Positions 38,133-48,202 of a DNA stretch of 64,000 nt are shown piece after piece. Where the stretch lies: assembly GCA_965215505.1 (NCBI GenBank), contig OZ244065.1, positions 4,192,001 to 4,256,000 on the forward strand. The letters run 5' to 3'. Position 1 is the first letter of the stretch. Each line of letters opens with the position of its first letter. This DNA comes from Capsulimonadaceae bacterium. GTDB lineage: Bacteria > Armatimonadota > Armatimonadia > Armatimonadales > Capsulimonadaceae. Made by a program: the position numbers and the translations under genes. The notes beneath the pieces were generated by a model. It ran no database searches. It worked only from the letters and a program-made list of their open reading frames with translations, and was not told where the DNA came from.

Positions 38133-39944
38133 ATGCCTAGACAGCCTTATCCCCACACGCGAACACCCACGGAGGCCCGGCGAACTGGGCAGCGGCGACG
38201 CTCGGCGGGCGGAGGGTCCTCTGCGGGGAGCTGGCTCGCCGATCATGCCCTCCTCGTCTGCCTCTCCGGCCTCCTCGTCCTCGCCTTCCTGGCCGAGATG
38301 CCCTGGCTGTCCCGGCCCCTGCGGTCCCACCTGCTGCAAGCTGCCGTTGTCCTGATCTATACCCTGATCGCCGCCGCAGGCCCCGCCTCGGGCCGGGTGA
38401 CCCGTGACTCCCTGCGCGGCCCCTCCCTCTGGCTGCTCGGGCTGCTGGCCTGGAGCGGCCTGAGCGCCGCCCTCGCGCCGTACCCCGCCTTTGCCGCCTC
38501 CGAGCTGCTGCGGCTCGCCCTGGGCGCGGGCGTCTACTTCGTGGCGGCCCACGTCCTGCGGCCCCACGAGGCGCGGCTCCTCCCCCTCTTCCTGCTCGGC
38601 CTGGGCGCGGCCGTCGGCCTGTACGGCCTGATTGAATTCGGGGCGGAAGGCAACTTCGGCACCGGGGCGATCCACAGCGTCTTCGGCAACCACGAGCAGC
38701 TCGGATCGTTCCTCGTCCTCCTGCTGCCGCTCGGGCTGGCGCTCGCCCTGGACCGCAGCGAGGGGTTAAAGAAGCGCCTGCTGTTCGCGCAGGGCGCGGC
38801 CCTGGTCATCGGCGCGGCCCTGCTGCTGGCGCGCACCCGCTCCGCCTGGCTCGGGGCGACGGCCGGGCTTGTCCTGCTGGCCTTCCTGACATTGCGCTAT
38901 TCGTCCATCCGGCTGACCCGCAGCAACCGCGCCCTCGTCATCGGCCCGGCGCTGATTCTGGTGCTGGCCTTCACGGGCCTGCTCGTCTTCGGCGAACTCG
39001 CCCCGCTCGTCTCGCACCGGGCAGCGACCCTGGCGCACGCGGGCGATGACACTTCCCTCGCCGACCGCCTGCACCGCTGGCGGTCGGCCTGCCGGATGGC
39101 CTCCGAAAAGCCGGTCACCGGCTGGGGCCTGGGCGCGTGGCCGGTCATGCAGGGGCGCTGGACGCACCAGGGCGACGACGTCAGCGAGGTGCTGGGGGCG
39201 GGTACGGGCCATTCCAACCTCGCCCACAACTTCTGGGCGCAGTGGGCCGCCGAGACGGGCGGGGTCGGCCTGGCCCTCCATCTCGGCGTCCTGGCCGCTT
39301 TCCTGCTGGCGGGCCTGCGCGCGCTGCCCCGACTGGACCGGGAGCGGCGGACTTTGCTCCTAGGCTGCCTCGCCGCCGCCGCAGCGGGCGGCGTGGACAT
39401 GGCCGGTGCCCCCTCCTACACCTTCCCCGGCGTCTCCTCCCTGTTCTGGGTCACGCTGGGCCTGGGCGTCGCCCTGCTGCCCGGACCCGGCGGGGCGCGG
39501 GCGACGCGCCGTTTCGACTGGCTGATTCCCCTGAGCGCTGGACTCGCCGCCGCCCTGGCCGTTGTGGGCATCGGCGACAGGCTCCGCGCGGACGGGCGGG
39601 CGGCCCCGCGCGGGACCCTGACCGTGACCGCCCAGCCGCCCGGCCCGGTCGCGCCCGGAACGCGTGTCCTGTGGACCGCCACCTACCATGCCCCCGACGG
39701 CACGGCCCGCCCGACCGCGCCAGGCACCGTCTGGAAGGTCACGGAAGGCGGCCTGACGAAGACCAGCCCGACCTTCCTGTTCCTGAACCGGGAACCCCAG
39801 CGCTCCGGCTGGCAGGGCAACATCGCCCCCGGTGTGAGCCGGGTGACAGTAACGGCGTACTACTGGGACCAGTTCAGCCGCCCCTACCAAGTTTCTTTGC
39901 CTGTGGCCGTCAAAACTGTCAAAAACCCTGTTGCAAATCCGTAA
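38133..39944 (+). CDS. O-antigen ligase-like (Wzy_C) membrane protein with C-terminal soluble domain
   Basis: SVFGN, TRSAWLG, R...W......EKP.TGWGLG and AHN.W.Q..AETG.VG. TATACT lies 8 nt upstream of the ATG. Confidence 0.85.
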   Translation: MPRQPYPHTRTPTEARRTGQRRRSAGGGSSAGSWLADHALLVCLSGLLVLAFLAEMPWLSRPLRSHLLQAAVVLIYTLIAAAGPASGRVTRDSLRGPSLWLLGLLAWSGLSAALAPYPAFAASELLRLALGAGVYFVAAHVLRPHEARLLPLFLLGLGAAVGLYGLIEFGAEGNFGTGAIHSVFGNHEQLGSFLVLLLPLGLALALDRSEGLKKRLLFAQGAALVIGAALLLARTRSAWLGATAGLVLLAFLTLRYSSIRLTRSNRALVIGPALILVLAFTGLLVFGELAPLVSHRAATLAHAGDDTSLADRLHRWRSACRMASEKPVTGWGLGAWPVMQGRWTHQGDDVSEVLGAGTGHSNLAHNFWAQWAAETGGVGLALHLGVLAAFLLAGLRALPRLDRERRTLLLGCLAAAAAGGVDMAGAPSYTFPGVSSLFWVTLGLGVALLPGPGGARATRRFDWLIPLSAGLAAALAVVGIGDRLRADGRAAPRGTLTVTAQPPGPVAPGTRVLWTATYHAPDGTARPTAPGTVWKVTEGGLTKTSPTFLFLNREPQRSGWQGNIAPGVSRVTVTAYYWDQFSRPYQVSLPVAVKTVKNPVANP

Positions 39945-39958
39945 GAATCGTGTATAAT
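39931..39958 (+). promoter_or_regulatory. Sigma70-type promoter for the 40040 gene
   Basis: TTGCAA, 16-bp spacer, TATAAT. Confidence 0.5.
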
Positions 39959-40039
39959 ACGCATACCTGCTAGTCGTATCGGCATGGACGCATCGGGGAG
40001 ATCGCATCTTCCCCTGTTTCGACGGCCACGAGGCAAATC

Positions 40040-40507
40040 ATGACGCTTTCACAAAGACTCACACGCGCCGGGCTGGTCTTCATCCTGCTGGGTTCCGTCG
40101 CCGCCGCTCTGCCACAGCAGAATGGCGCTGCGTCCGCTGACCCAAACGGCTGCTTCACGGGTACGCCAGGCCGCTTTGCCATCTCTAACAGCGCACCTGC
40201 AACTGATTCAACGACTGTTACCGCCAATTACACAGTGTCCACACAAGGCACCACATTCAATTTCTATTTCTCCCCTGACTCTACCAGCGCCTATAGCTCG
40301 GTGACACCGACCACTAGCTCGATTGTTGTGAACACTGGCTCACTCATCATCAATGGTGCAACAGTGGCAGCAACCGGCTCAGTCAGTAACAGTTCTGCTT
40401 CGGAGAACATAGCGCAGAATGGAGCAAACACCGGAAGTTCGACCTTCACGAGTAGCTACACAAGTGGCAGTAACACTTATAAGGCCTCGATCACGGTCGG
40501 TGCGTAG
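40040..40507 (+). CDS. Small secreted Ser/Thr-rich hypothetical protein
   Basis: GAGG RBS, signal peptide, high S/T content, and its own promoter and terminator. Confidence 0.75.
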   Translation: MTLSQRLTRAGLVFILLGSVAAALPQQNGAASADPNGCFTGTPGRFAISNSAPATDSTTVTANYTVSTQGTTFNFYFSPDSTSAYSSVTPTTSSIVVNTGSLIINGATVAATGSVSNSSASENIAQNGANTGSSTFTSSYTSGSNTYKASITVGA

Positions 40508-40541
40508 GTGTTGTTCCTCTAAACATTTGCCAACTACGATG

Positions 40542-40574
40542 CAGCCTTCGGTCATAAAGGCCGAAGGCTGTTTT
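40542..40574 (+). terminator. Rho-independent terminator
   Basis: CAGCCTTCGG...CCGAAGGCTG followed by TTTT. Confidence 0.75.
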
Positions 40575-40661
40575 GACATCAGATGCCTCAATGCCATCCC
40601 CCGTTTCCTTTCCCCAATTCTAGAGGACTAGGAAGCCGTTTCTCCTTCTTCCCCGGCCTGA

Positions 40662-41879
40662 CTACCCCAACAGATACTCATAAATGCCTTCCAGTTTGCG
40701 GGCCGTCTGCGCCAGCGTGAACCGCTCCCGCACGCGCTCCCGCCCCGCCGCACCCATCGCCGCCGCGCGGGCCGGGTCGGACAGCAGGGCCGCCATCGCC
40801 TCCGCCATCGCGGGGGCGTCCCCCATCGGCACCAGCAGGCCGGTCACGCCGGGGATCACGATCTCCGGCAGCGCACCGCCGTTAGTGGCGATGATCGGCT
40901 TCCCCGCCGCCATCCCCTCGACGACCACCTGCCCGAACGGCTCCCCCAAGGTACTGGCGTGGACCACGAGGTCCACCCCGGCCAGCAGTGCAGGCACGTC
41001 CTCCCGGAACCCCAGAAACTCGACCCGGTCCCCCATCTCTAGGTCGCGGGCCATCCGGTGCAGGGACCGCTCGTACTCGTGTTCGCCGAACAGGGGTGCC
41101 CCGATGATCTGGAACCGGGCCTGCGGGAACCGGTCCTGGAGCAGGGCGGCGGCCTGAAGGAAAACGTGCTGCCCCTTCCACCCGGCGATGCGCCCGACCA
41201 GGGCGACGGTCTGCGGGCGGCCCTGGGCGGACGCCGGTTCGGCGGGCGGAACGCGCTCGTCCAACTGCTCGCCGCCCACGCCGCTGTAGACCACCGGCAC
41301 CGAGTCGGCGTGGGTCGGCCGCAGGTGCCGCCGCGTGTTCTCAGAATTGGCGATCACCTGACGCGGGAGGATCTTGATGAGGATGCGGAAGAGCGTGGTC
41401 AGGGAGCCGGGCAGATAGCCGTCCCCGATGATGTCCCGGACGTGCCAGAGTACCGGGATGTGCGCGAGACGGCCCGCAAGCCCCCCGTACACGTCCGCCT
41501 TGAGAGAGTTCGTGTGGATCAGGTCAACCCCATGCCGACGCGCGAACCGAGCCAGGCGCACCGCGTAAGCGATGCAGAGGCCGGCCTGCCGCAGCCTGAA
41601 TAGGGACTGGAACCCCAGGCTGTCTTTGCGCGCCTCGACGATGGACCTGTCCAGCGGCAGCACATGGGTCTCTACCCCGGCCCCCCGCAGCTTCTCGGCG
41701 AGCGGTCCCGCCGAGGCCAGGGCGACGATGGGTGTGAAGCGCGACCGGTCGAGCGCGCCGATGAGGCCGAGCAGGGCGATTTCGCCGCCACCCATTTTCG
41801 CTGTGTGGTCCAGAAAAAGGATGGTCTTGGTTCCCGGTACAGATTGGAATATCACTCGCCCATTTGACTTCCCGCTCAC
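40662..41879 (-). CDS. Glycosyltransferase family 4
   Basis: GGGE, VGRIAGWKGQ and EPFGQVVVEGM. Confidence 0.9.
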   Translation of the reverse strand: MSGKSNGRVIFQSVPGTKTILFLDHTAKMGGGEIALLGLIGALDRSRFTPIVALASAGPLAEKLRGAGVETHVLPLDRSIVEARKDSLGFQSLFRLRQAGLCIAYAVRLARFARRHGVDLIHTNSLKADVYGGLAGRLAHIPVLWHVRDIIGDGYLPGSLTTLFRILIKILPRQVIANSENTRRHLRPTHADSVPVVYSGVGGEQLDERVPPAEPASAQGRPQTVALVGRIAGWKGQHVFLQAAALLQDRFPQARFQIIGAPLFGEHEYERSLHRMARDLEMGDRVEFLGFREDVPALLAGVDLVVHASTLGEPFGQVVVEGMAAGKPIIATNGGALPEIVIPGVTGLLVPMGDAPAMAEAMAALLSDPARAAAMGAAGRERVRERFTLAQTARKLEGIYEYLLG

Positions 41880-43063
41880 CGTCGGAGCCTGCCCTGGTGG
41901 ACGGCCTCGTAGACGGCCAGCGTCTGTTCGGCCGTCCGCTCCCAGGAGAACTCGGCGGCGCGCGCCAGCCCTTTCTCCCGGAGGGAGTGGCGCAGCGCCG
42001 ACGACTCCGCGACCTCGCCGAGCGCCCGAGTCACGGTTCCGGTCTCCTCGGCGGATACCAGGCGGCCGGCGGATCCGGCGACCTCGGGCAGTGCGGAGGC
42101 GTTATTGATGATGACGGGGACGCCGCAGGCCATCGCCTGGAGGGGCGGCAGCCCGAACCCTTCGTAGGCGCTGAGGTAGACGAACGCCAGCGCGGCGTTG
42201 TACCACCAGACGACCTCCTCGCGCGGGATAAAACCCGGAAAGAGGACGTGTTCCCGCAGGCCCAGGCTCTGGACCTGATCGAAAATCCCCTGGTACATCC
42301 ACCCCTTCGGGCCGGCCAAGATCAGCTTCGGCACCCCCGCCATGGCCCCGCGTCCGTGCAGGGCGGCATAGGCCCGCAGGAGGTGCGGGATGTTCTTGCG
42401 CGGCTCCAGTGTACCCAGGTACAAAAAATACCGCTCCGGCAGGCCGCGCCGCGCCCGGAAAGCTTCCACGGCGCGCTCCCCGTCCGACGTCCCCCCGAGC
42501 CACCGATACTCCCTGTCGGCGGCCAGCGGCACCGTGACCACCCGCGCCGGGTCGGCCCCGAGCAGCCGGATCACGTCCTGACGGGTGTTCTCCGACACCG
42601 CCAGGATGGCGTCGGCGGACCGGACCGAGAGCCGGGTCATCAGCCGCAGGTACTCGCGCTTTGCGGGCAGGTGGCGGTCCCGGAAGAGCAGGAAGGCCAG
42701 GTCGTGGATGGTGACGATGCGCGGCCGGCGGGCCAGCAGGGGGATGACGTTGACCGGGCTGTGGATCACGTCCATCTTCCGGGTCGCCAGCGCGTGGGTC
42801 GTCTGCTCCCACAGGAACCGGGTCGGGGGGTAATGAGTCGGCGCGAGCGTCGTGGCCAGGCGGAAGTTGGGGCTGAGGGCCAGCCGCTGCCGCGCCTCGG
42901 GGTCACGCGCCCAGGCCCCGGTGTAGACCGTATAGCAGTTGGACTGATCCACCTGGCCCAGCCCGTGCAGCAGGTGGGAGATGTAGTTGGAAAGCCCGGT
43001 CGCCCGGTAAGTGTCGCCGTGATTGAGCAGAGAAGCGTTGATGGCGATGTTCACCGTTTGCAC
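41876..43063 (-). CDS. Glycosyltransferase family 4 (mannosyltransferase-like)
   Basis: TIHDL, GTLEPRKN and YEGFGLPP. Confidence 0.9.
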   Translation of the reverse strand: MQTVNIAINASLLNHGDTYRATGLSNYISHLLHGLGQVDQSNCYTVYTGAWARDPEARQRLALSPNFRLATTLAPTHYPPTRFLWEQTTHALATRKMDVIHSPVNVIPLLARRPRIVTIHDLAFLLFRDRHLPAKREYLRLMTRLSVRSADAILAVSENTRQDVIRLLGADPARVVTVPLAADREYRWLGGTSDGERAVEAFRARRGLPERYFLYLGTLEPRKNIPHLLRAYAALHGRGAMAGVPKLILAGPKGWMYQGIFDQVQSLGLREHVLFPGFIPREEVVWWYNAALAFVYLSAYEGFGLPPLQAMACGVPVIINNASALPEVAGSAGRLVSAEETGTVTRALGEVAESSALRHSLREKGLARAAEFSWERTAEQTLAVYEAVHQGRLRR

Positions 43064-44199
43064 CCTCCCGCCAAGGGCACCGCCGACTGCTCACATAATC
43101 CCCCATAGAGCGTGTGCATCTGATCCGCGACCTTCTGCCAACTGTACAGGCCGCTCGCGCGCGCCTGCCCGAGTCGCCCGTACTCCGCCCGCCGCTCCGG
43201 GTGATCCAGCAGCGTCCGGAGCCGGCCCGCCAGGGCGGCGGCGTCCCCCTCCGGGAACGTCAGCCCCGCCCCCCCAATGACCTCGGGGATGGCACCCGAG
43301 TCCGAGCCGACGACCGGCAGGCCGCACGCACCCGCTTCGATCAGGACCCTGCCGAACTGCTCTTTCCAGGTGACATGGGTGCGTGAGGGGAGGACAAGGG
43401 TGTCCATGGCGTTCATGTGCGCGGGGAGGTCGGTGAGGGGGACGGGGCCGGCGAAGTGGACGCGGGGGGCGACTTTCAGGGAGCGGGCGAGGGCTTCGAG
43501 GGCGGGGCGGAAGGGGCCTTCGCCGACGAGGAGGAGGCGGGCCTGGGGGGGGAGAAGGGCCAGGGCGTTGAGGAGGTCGGCCAGCCCTTTTTCGGGGACG
43601 AGGCGGCCGACGTAGCCGATGACGAAGCCGTCGTGGGGGACGGGGCGGGGGCGGAAGAGGGCGCAGTCTACGGCGTTGGGGACGATTTCGGCGGGGCCTT
43701 TGTAGCCTTTCCGGCGGGCGACGGCGAGGGCCTCGGTGCTGCGGGCGACGAGGAAGTCCGCGCGGCGGAGGGTGTAGTCCTGGAACAGACGGAAGGGGGG
43801 CGGGAGGCGCTTGTAGATGTTCTGCTCGGTCTCGATGAGGATCCTCGCGCGCGGGCAGAACCGCCGGGTCAGGCGGACGGCCTGGGCGCAGGTCAGGCCC
43901 CACGGCTCCTCCCAGATGTCCACGATGTCGGGCTGGGTTTCGCGCAGGAGGCGGGGCAGGGCATCGGTATAGTGCTGCAAGTACCACTGGTTCAGGATGC
44001 TGCGCCAGCGGGTGCGGCCGACGACGTAGCGGAAGTCCGGGTCCTCCGGCGTCTCGGCGGCCTGCCACTGGCCGTAGGTCCGCATGCGGTCGGGGACAAG
44101 CACGGTCAGGTCGAGGCCGGGGAAGGCGGCCAGGCAGTGCGCTTTGGGCTGCCCTGCGGTCCGCGACATGCAGGTGTGGGAGACGAGGAGGACTTTCAC
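43051..44199 (-). CDS. Glycosyltransferase family 4
   Basis: YVGRLVPEKG and WKEQFGRVLIEA. Confidence 0.9.
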   Translation of the reverse strand: MKVLLVSHTCMSRTAGQPKAHCLAAFPGLDLTVLVPDRMRTYGQWQAAETPEDPDFRYVVGRTRWRSILNQWYLQHYTDALPRLLRETQPDIVDIWEEPWGLTCAQAVRLTRRFCPRARILIETEQNIYKRLPPPFRLFQDYTLRRADFLVARSTEALAVARRKGYKGPAEIVPNAVDCALFRPRPVPHDGFVIGYVGRLVPEKGLADLLNALALLPPQARLLLVGEGPFRPALEALARSLKVAPRVHFAGPVPLTDLPAHMNAMDTLVLPSRTHVTWKEQFGRVLIEAGACGLPVVGSDSGAIPEVIGGAGLTFPEGDAAALAGRLRTLLDHPERRAEYGRLGQARASGLYSWQKVADQMHTLYGGLCEQSAVPLAGGCKR

Positions 44200-45311
44200 C
44201 CGCCGGCCTCCGTCGAAAGGCAGCGGCGGTAGACGGCCTCGGTCCGGCGGGCCATGGCGGCGGCGGAGAAGTGTTCGGCGGCCCGCTGCCGTCCGGCCTG
44301 TCCCATGGCGCGGGCCTGGGCAGGATGGTCGAGGAGGCAGCGCAGGGCTTGGGCGAGAGCGGCGGGGTCTGCGGGGGCGACGAGAAGGCCGGTGACGCCG
44401 TCTTCGATGATCTCCAAAGGCCCGCCGGCGCGGGCGGCGACGGCGGGCTTGCCCAGCGTCATGGCTTCCACGAGGGCGATGCCGAACGGCTCGGCGGGGC
44501 TTGGCAGGACGAAGACGTCCGCGCCCGCGACCCAGTCAGGCACGTCGGGGCGGAAGCCCAGGAAGTGGACGGAGGCGGCCAGGCCGAGGGCGTCCGCCTC
44601 GGCTTCGAGCGGGGCGCGCAGGCCGCCTTCGCCGATCACCAGGAGGTGCGGCGTCGGGGTGCGGTCGCGGAGTCCGGCGAGGGCGCGCAGGAGGTACTCG
44701 ATGCCTTTCTCGGGCGCGAGGCGGGCGACCGTGGCGATGACGGGGGCGTCGGCGGGGATGCCGAGGCCGGCGAGTCGGGCCGGCCCGTCCGGGCAGGGCA
44801 TGTCGGGGGCGAGGATCCCGTTCGCGATGACGGTGGCCCGCGCGGCGGGCATCTCGCGGCGTTCCAGGGCGGCCTCAAGGACCGCGCGGGAGACGGCGAT
44901 GTGGGCGGCGACCATTTGGTTGACGGCGCGGTGGGCTAGGGCGGCGGCACGGCCCTTCAGCCCGCCGCGCTGTGTGTAAGCTGGCTCGACGAAGTGCTGG
45001 GTGGCGACGACGCGTGTCCCCGTCCGGGCCAGGCGGGCGGCGGACACGGCGCGGAACTTGGAATTGCCGTCGTGCGCGTGGATCAGGGCGAAGCGCTCCC
45101 GGCGCAGCAGCCGCACGAGGGCGGGTACGCCGCCTGCCGGGTGGCAGGGGATGCCCGCCGTGTGGGCGCGGTCGTGGAGGAGGGTGCCCGGACGGCAGAG
45201 GAGGGCAGGGGCGTGTCGGGACGGGTCGAGAGCGCGCAGGAGGGTGAGGACGTGTGACTCCGTCCCGGCGTAGCCTTCAGTATCGAGGTAGTGCAGGACT
45301 TTAGGCGGCAC
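44196..45311 (-). CDS. Glycosyltransferase family 4
   Basis: VARLAPEKG and EPFGIALVEAM. Confidence 0.9.
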   Translation of the reverse strand: MPPKVLHYLDTEGYAGTESHVLTLLRALDPSRHAPALLCRPGTLLHDRAHTAGIPCHPAGGVPALVRLLRRERFALIHAHDGNSKFRAVSAARLARTGTRVVATQHFVEPAYTQRGGLKGRAAALAHRAVNQMVAAHIAVSRAVLEAALERREMPAARATVIANGILAPDMPCPDGPARLAGLGIPADAPVIATVARLAPEKGIEYLLRALAGLRDRTPTPHLLVIGEGGLRAPLEAEADALGLAASVHFLGFRPDVPDWVAGADVFVLPSPAEPFGIALVEAMTLGKPAVAARAGGPLEIIEDGVTGLLVAPADPAALAQALRCLLDHPAQARAMGQAGRQRAAEHFSAAAMARRTEAVYRRCLSTEAGG

Positions 45312-46662
45312 GGGTGGCGAGGCCTTTCACCGGCGGTTCGGGTGCGGTCTTCTGGCGTTTCAGGTAGAGGAAGAGGGAGACGCACAGGCCGGCGGCAGCC
45401 CAGGCGAGGAAGACGACGCCGCGCCGCCAGTAAGCGTCCACCGCGCCGTGGACGGTCGGGACGGTGAAGACTCCGGCACAGCAGAGGAGGATTCGCCCGG
45501 TCTGGCTGGAGCGGAGGGCGCGCTGGGGGAGGGACCGGCAGAGCCGCAGGAGCAGGGAATAGACGGAGCCGAGCAGGAAGAGGAAGGCGGCCATGCCGAC
45601 GACGCCCATTTCGGCCAGGGTCAGGACGTAGACGTTTTCGGGGTCGGCCTCTTTGCGGAGGCCGATGCCGGTGCCCAGGAAGGGGTGCGCCTTCCACAAG
45701 TCCAGGGCGGCGGCCTGGTGGTCCAGCCGGACCTGCATGGTGTTGGCGTGCAGGGACAGGTTGCCGGCGTATTCGGCGGAGTCGCTGGGAAGCATGGACC
45801 AGCAGACGGCGAAGATGGGGACGGCGAGCGCGGCCATGACGGCGACGCCGCGCAGGTCGCGCCGCAGGGCCAGGACGAGGAGGCAGGCGACTACGGTGGC
45901 GGTCCACGCGCCGCGCGACAGGCTCAGGATGGTGCCCATGAGGGACAGGACGAAGGCGGCGATGATCCAGGGGCGGAAGCGGGCGGCGATGTCCGAGGAG
46001 CGCAGGTAGACCAGGCCGACGACGACGCCGCAGGCGAGGGAGGGGCCGATGGCGTTCTTGTGCATGCCCAGGATGTACAGCCCGTTCTTCGCGCCGGCCG
46101 CGAACCCGATGACGGCGGCGAGACCCAGCAGGGCCTCGGTCACGAGCAGCAGGAGGAAGCAGCGCTCCATTTCGGTGGGCGTCTTGATGAAGGCGGCGAA
46201 GATAAGGGTCGTGCAGAGCGTGAATTCGACGTAGCGGCCCAGGGACACGACGGCATCCTGACCGCGCCAGTTTCCGGCGCTGGCGAGGAGGATGACGGCC
46301 AGGAACACCAGCAGCGGCAGCCGGAGCGGGCCGAGTGTCGGGCGGAGTCGCCCCTGGACCGCGTAGACCAGCAGGACGACGACCATGAGGGCGGCCATGA
46401 CGTCGGAGAAGCAGACGAAGACGCTGGAGCTGTCCCCGAGCAGCGACTGCGGCAGGATTCCCGCCGCGAACGCGACGGCGAGCCACTGGGTCGGCTTGCG
46501 GTAGGCCAGCAGGAAGATCAAGGACCCGGCGGCGGCGGCGACGGCCAGCATGGGGCTGACGAAGTACAGCGCGGCACACAGGGCCAGCAGGGCGGCGGGG
46601 ACGAAAATGCCCGCGTTCGGGCCGCCCGCGGCGGAGCGGGACTGCTGGGGCGTGTCAAGCAT
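45301..46662 (-). CDS. O-antigen ligase/polymerase-like (Wzy_C) membrane protein
   Basis: Multiple TM segments; SLSRGAW, HPFLGTGIG and ENVYVLTLAEMG. Confidence 0.82.
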   Translation of the reverse strand: MLDTPQQSRSAAGGPNAGIFVPAALLALCAALYFVSPMLAVAAAAGSLIFLLAYRKPTQWLAVAFAAGILPQSLLGDSSSVFVCFSDVMAALMVVVLLVYAVQGRLRPTLGPLRLPLLVFLAVILLASAGNWRGQDAVVSLGRYVEFTLCTTLIFAAFIKTPTEMERCFLLLLVTEALLGLAAVIGFAAGAKNGLYILGMHKNAIGPSLACGVVVGLVYLRSSDIAARFRPWIIAAFVLSLMGTILSLSRGAWTATVVACLLVLALRRDLRGVAVMAALAVPIFAVCWSMLPSDSAEYAGNLSLHANTMQVRLDHQAAALDLWKAHPFLGTGIGLRKEADPENVYVLTLAEMGVVGMAAFLFLLGSVYSLLLRLCRSLPQRALRSSQTGRILLCCAGVFTVPTVHGAVDAYWRRGVVFLAWAAAGLCVSLFLYLKRQKTAPEPPVKGLATRAA

Positions 46663-47632
46663 GGGCGGGCGTCCCCACGGCGGGCGTCGGGGCCAGGCCG
46701 GGCGTGTGCCACAGGCCGAGGTTCCAGCGCAGGATGTTGACCCACAAACGCACCAGGGCCCAGGCTTTGAGGCGGCGCGCGGGGCTGACGGCGGCCAGGG
46801 CGGCGAACAGGGGGACACGCAGGAACGCGCCCAGTATCAGGCTTACACGCAAAGCCAGTGCGCCGGACGCGCCGTGGTGCTTGCGGTAGAAGCGGCGCTG
46901 GCCCGCGCTGAACTCGGCGAAGACGCGGTCTGCCTGCGCCTTGCCGGAGCCGCCGCCGTGGTGGACCACCTCGGCGTCGGGCGTGAACCACACTTGGTAG
47001 CCCGCGTCGCGCATCCGGCGGCACCAGTCGGTTTCCTCGGCGTACATGAAGAAGTCCTCGTCGAGCAGGCCGACGGCGGGCAGGACGTCGGCGCGGACGA
47101 GCAGGGCCGCGCCGATGACGAAGTCCACGGCCCGCGCCCGGTCGTGTGCCCAGCGGCGGTAGTCGCCCCAGCGCGGGTGGTCGGCCAGGAGGCTGGTGAG
47201 GAAGAGCTGGTCGCGGAAGGCGCGGGCGGGCACGGGGAAGCGGTAGCAGGAGCGCTGGAGCGAGCCATCGGGGTTGACGAGGCGCGGCCCGACGGCGGCG
47301 GCCTCGGGGCGGGCGTCGAGCGCCCGAAGCATCCCGGCCAATGCGCCCGGCCTGACGAGGGTGTCGCTGTTGAGCAGCAGGGCCGTCCGCCCCCGCATCC
47401 GGCGCAGGCCGAGGTTGTTGGCCCTGGCAAAGCCCAGGTTCTCCCCCGCCTCAATGACTAGAACATCGGGGAACTCCGCCCGCACCATCGCAACGCTGCC
47501 GTCGCCGCTGCCGTTGTCCACGACGATGACCTCGTGCGTCGGCGCGTCCGGGTCTTCCCAGAGCGACGTGAGGCAGTCGCGCAGATACCCGCGCGTGTTG
47601 TAGCTGACGATGATGACGGAAACCTCGACCAT
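46655..47632 (-). CDS. Glycosyltransferase family 2 (rhamnosyltransferase-like)
   Basis: [29 protein letters not shown] and [11 protein letters not shown]. Confidence 0.9.
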   Translation of the reverse strand: MVEVSVIIVSYNTRGYLRDCLTSLWEDPDAPTHEVIVVDNGSGDGSVAMVRAEFPDVLVIEAGENLGFARANNLGLRRMRGRTALLLNSDTLVRPGALAGMLRALDARPEAAAVGPRLVNPDGSLQRSCYRFPVPARAFRDQLFLTSLLADHPRWGDYRRWAHDRARAVDFVIGAALLVRADVLPAVGLLDEDFFMYAEETDWCRRMRDAGYQVWFTPDAEVVHHGGGSGKAQADRVFAEFSAGQRRFYRKHHGASGALALRVSLILGAFLRVPLFAALAAVSPARRLKAWALVRLWVNILRWNLGLWHTPGLAPTPAVGTPAHA

Positions 47633-47678
47633 ATACCTGTTTAGTATTGCACAATCCATGCCAAAGCAAGCCGAGAGA

Positions 47679-48194
47679 CTAATCGCGGAACTTCGCGACG
47701 CGGGCGGGGCTGCCGACGGCGACGGCGTGGGCGGGGATGTCGGACAGGACGACCGAATTAGCCCCGATCACGGCCCGGTCGCCGACGGTGATGCCGCCCA
47801 GAATCTTCGCCCCCGCCGAGGCGGTGACCCAGTCGCCCAAGACGGGCTGGCCGTCGCCCTTGCCCGAGTCGCCGACGGTGACGCCGTGGAAGCAGAGGAA
47901 GTGCGCCCCGATCACGACGCGGTCGCCGATGACGACGCCGCTGCTGTGGACGAGGCAGAAGCCCGGCCCGATCTGTGCGGCGGGGTGTATCTCCGCCCCC
48001 GACCGACTCAGGATGACGGCCTGCAAGTAGTAGGCGAAGGGCGTCAGCCGCAGCCGGTAGAGCGCGTGTGCGACTCGGAACAGCAGGACGGCCTGAAGGC
48101 GCGGGTACAGCAGCAGTTTCAGCAGCACGGCGAGGCCATAGCCGAGCTTGCCCCCGCCCCGGTTCATCACCATGCCGCGAATGTCTTCACGCAT
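47679..48194 (-). CDS. Serine-acetyltransferase-like hexapeptide-repeat acyltransferase
   Basis: EIHPAAQIGPG...H..GVVIG, GANSVV and VGSPA. Start uncertain because of a 24-bp duplication at about 48224-48271. Confidence 0.85.
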   Translation of the reverse strand: MREDIRGMVMNRGGGKLGYGLAVLLKLLLYPRLQAVLLFRVAHALYRLRLTPFAYYLQAVILSRSGAEIHPAAQIGPGFCLVHSSGVVIGDRVVIGAHFLCFHGVTVGDSGKGDGQPVLGDWVTASAGAKILGGITVGDRAVIGANSVVLSDIPAHAVAVGSPARVAKFRD

Positions 48195-48202
48195 GAGCGC
48201 GG

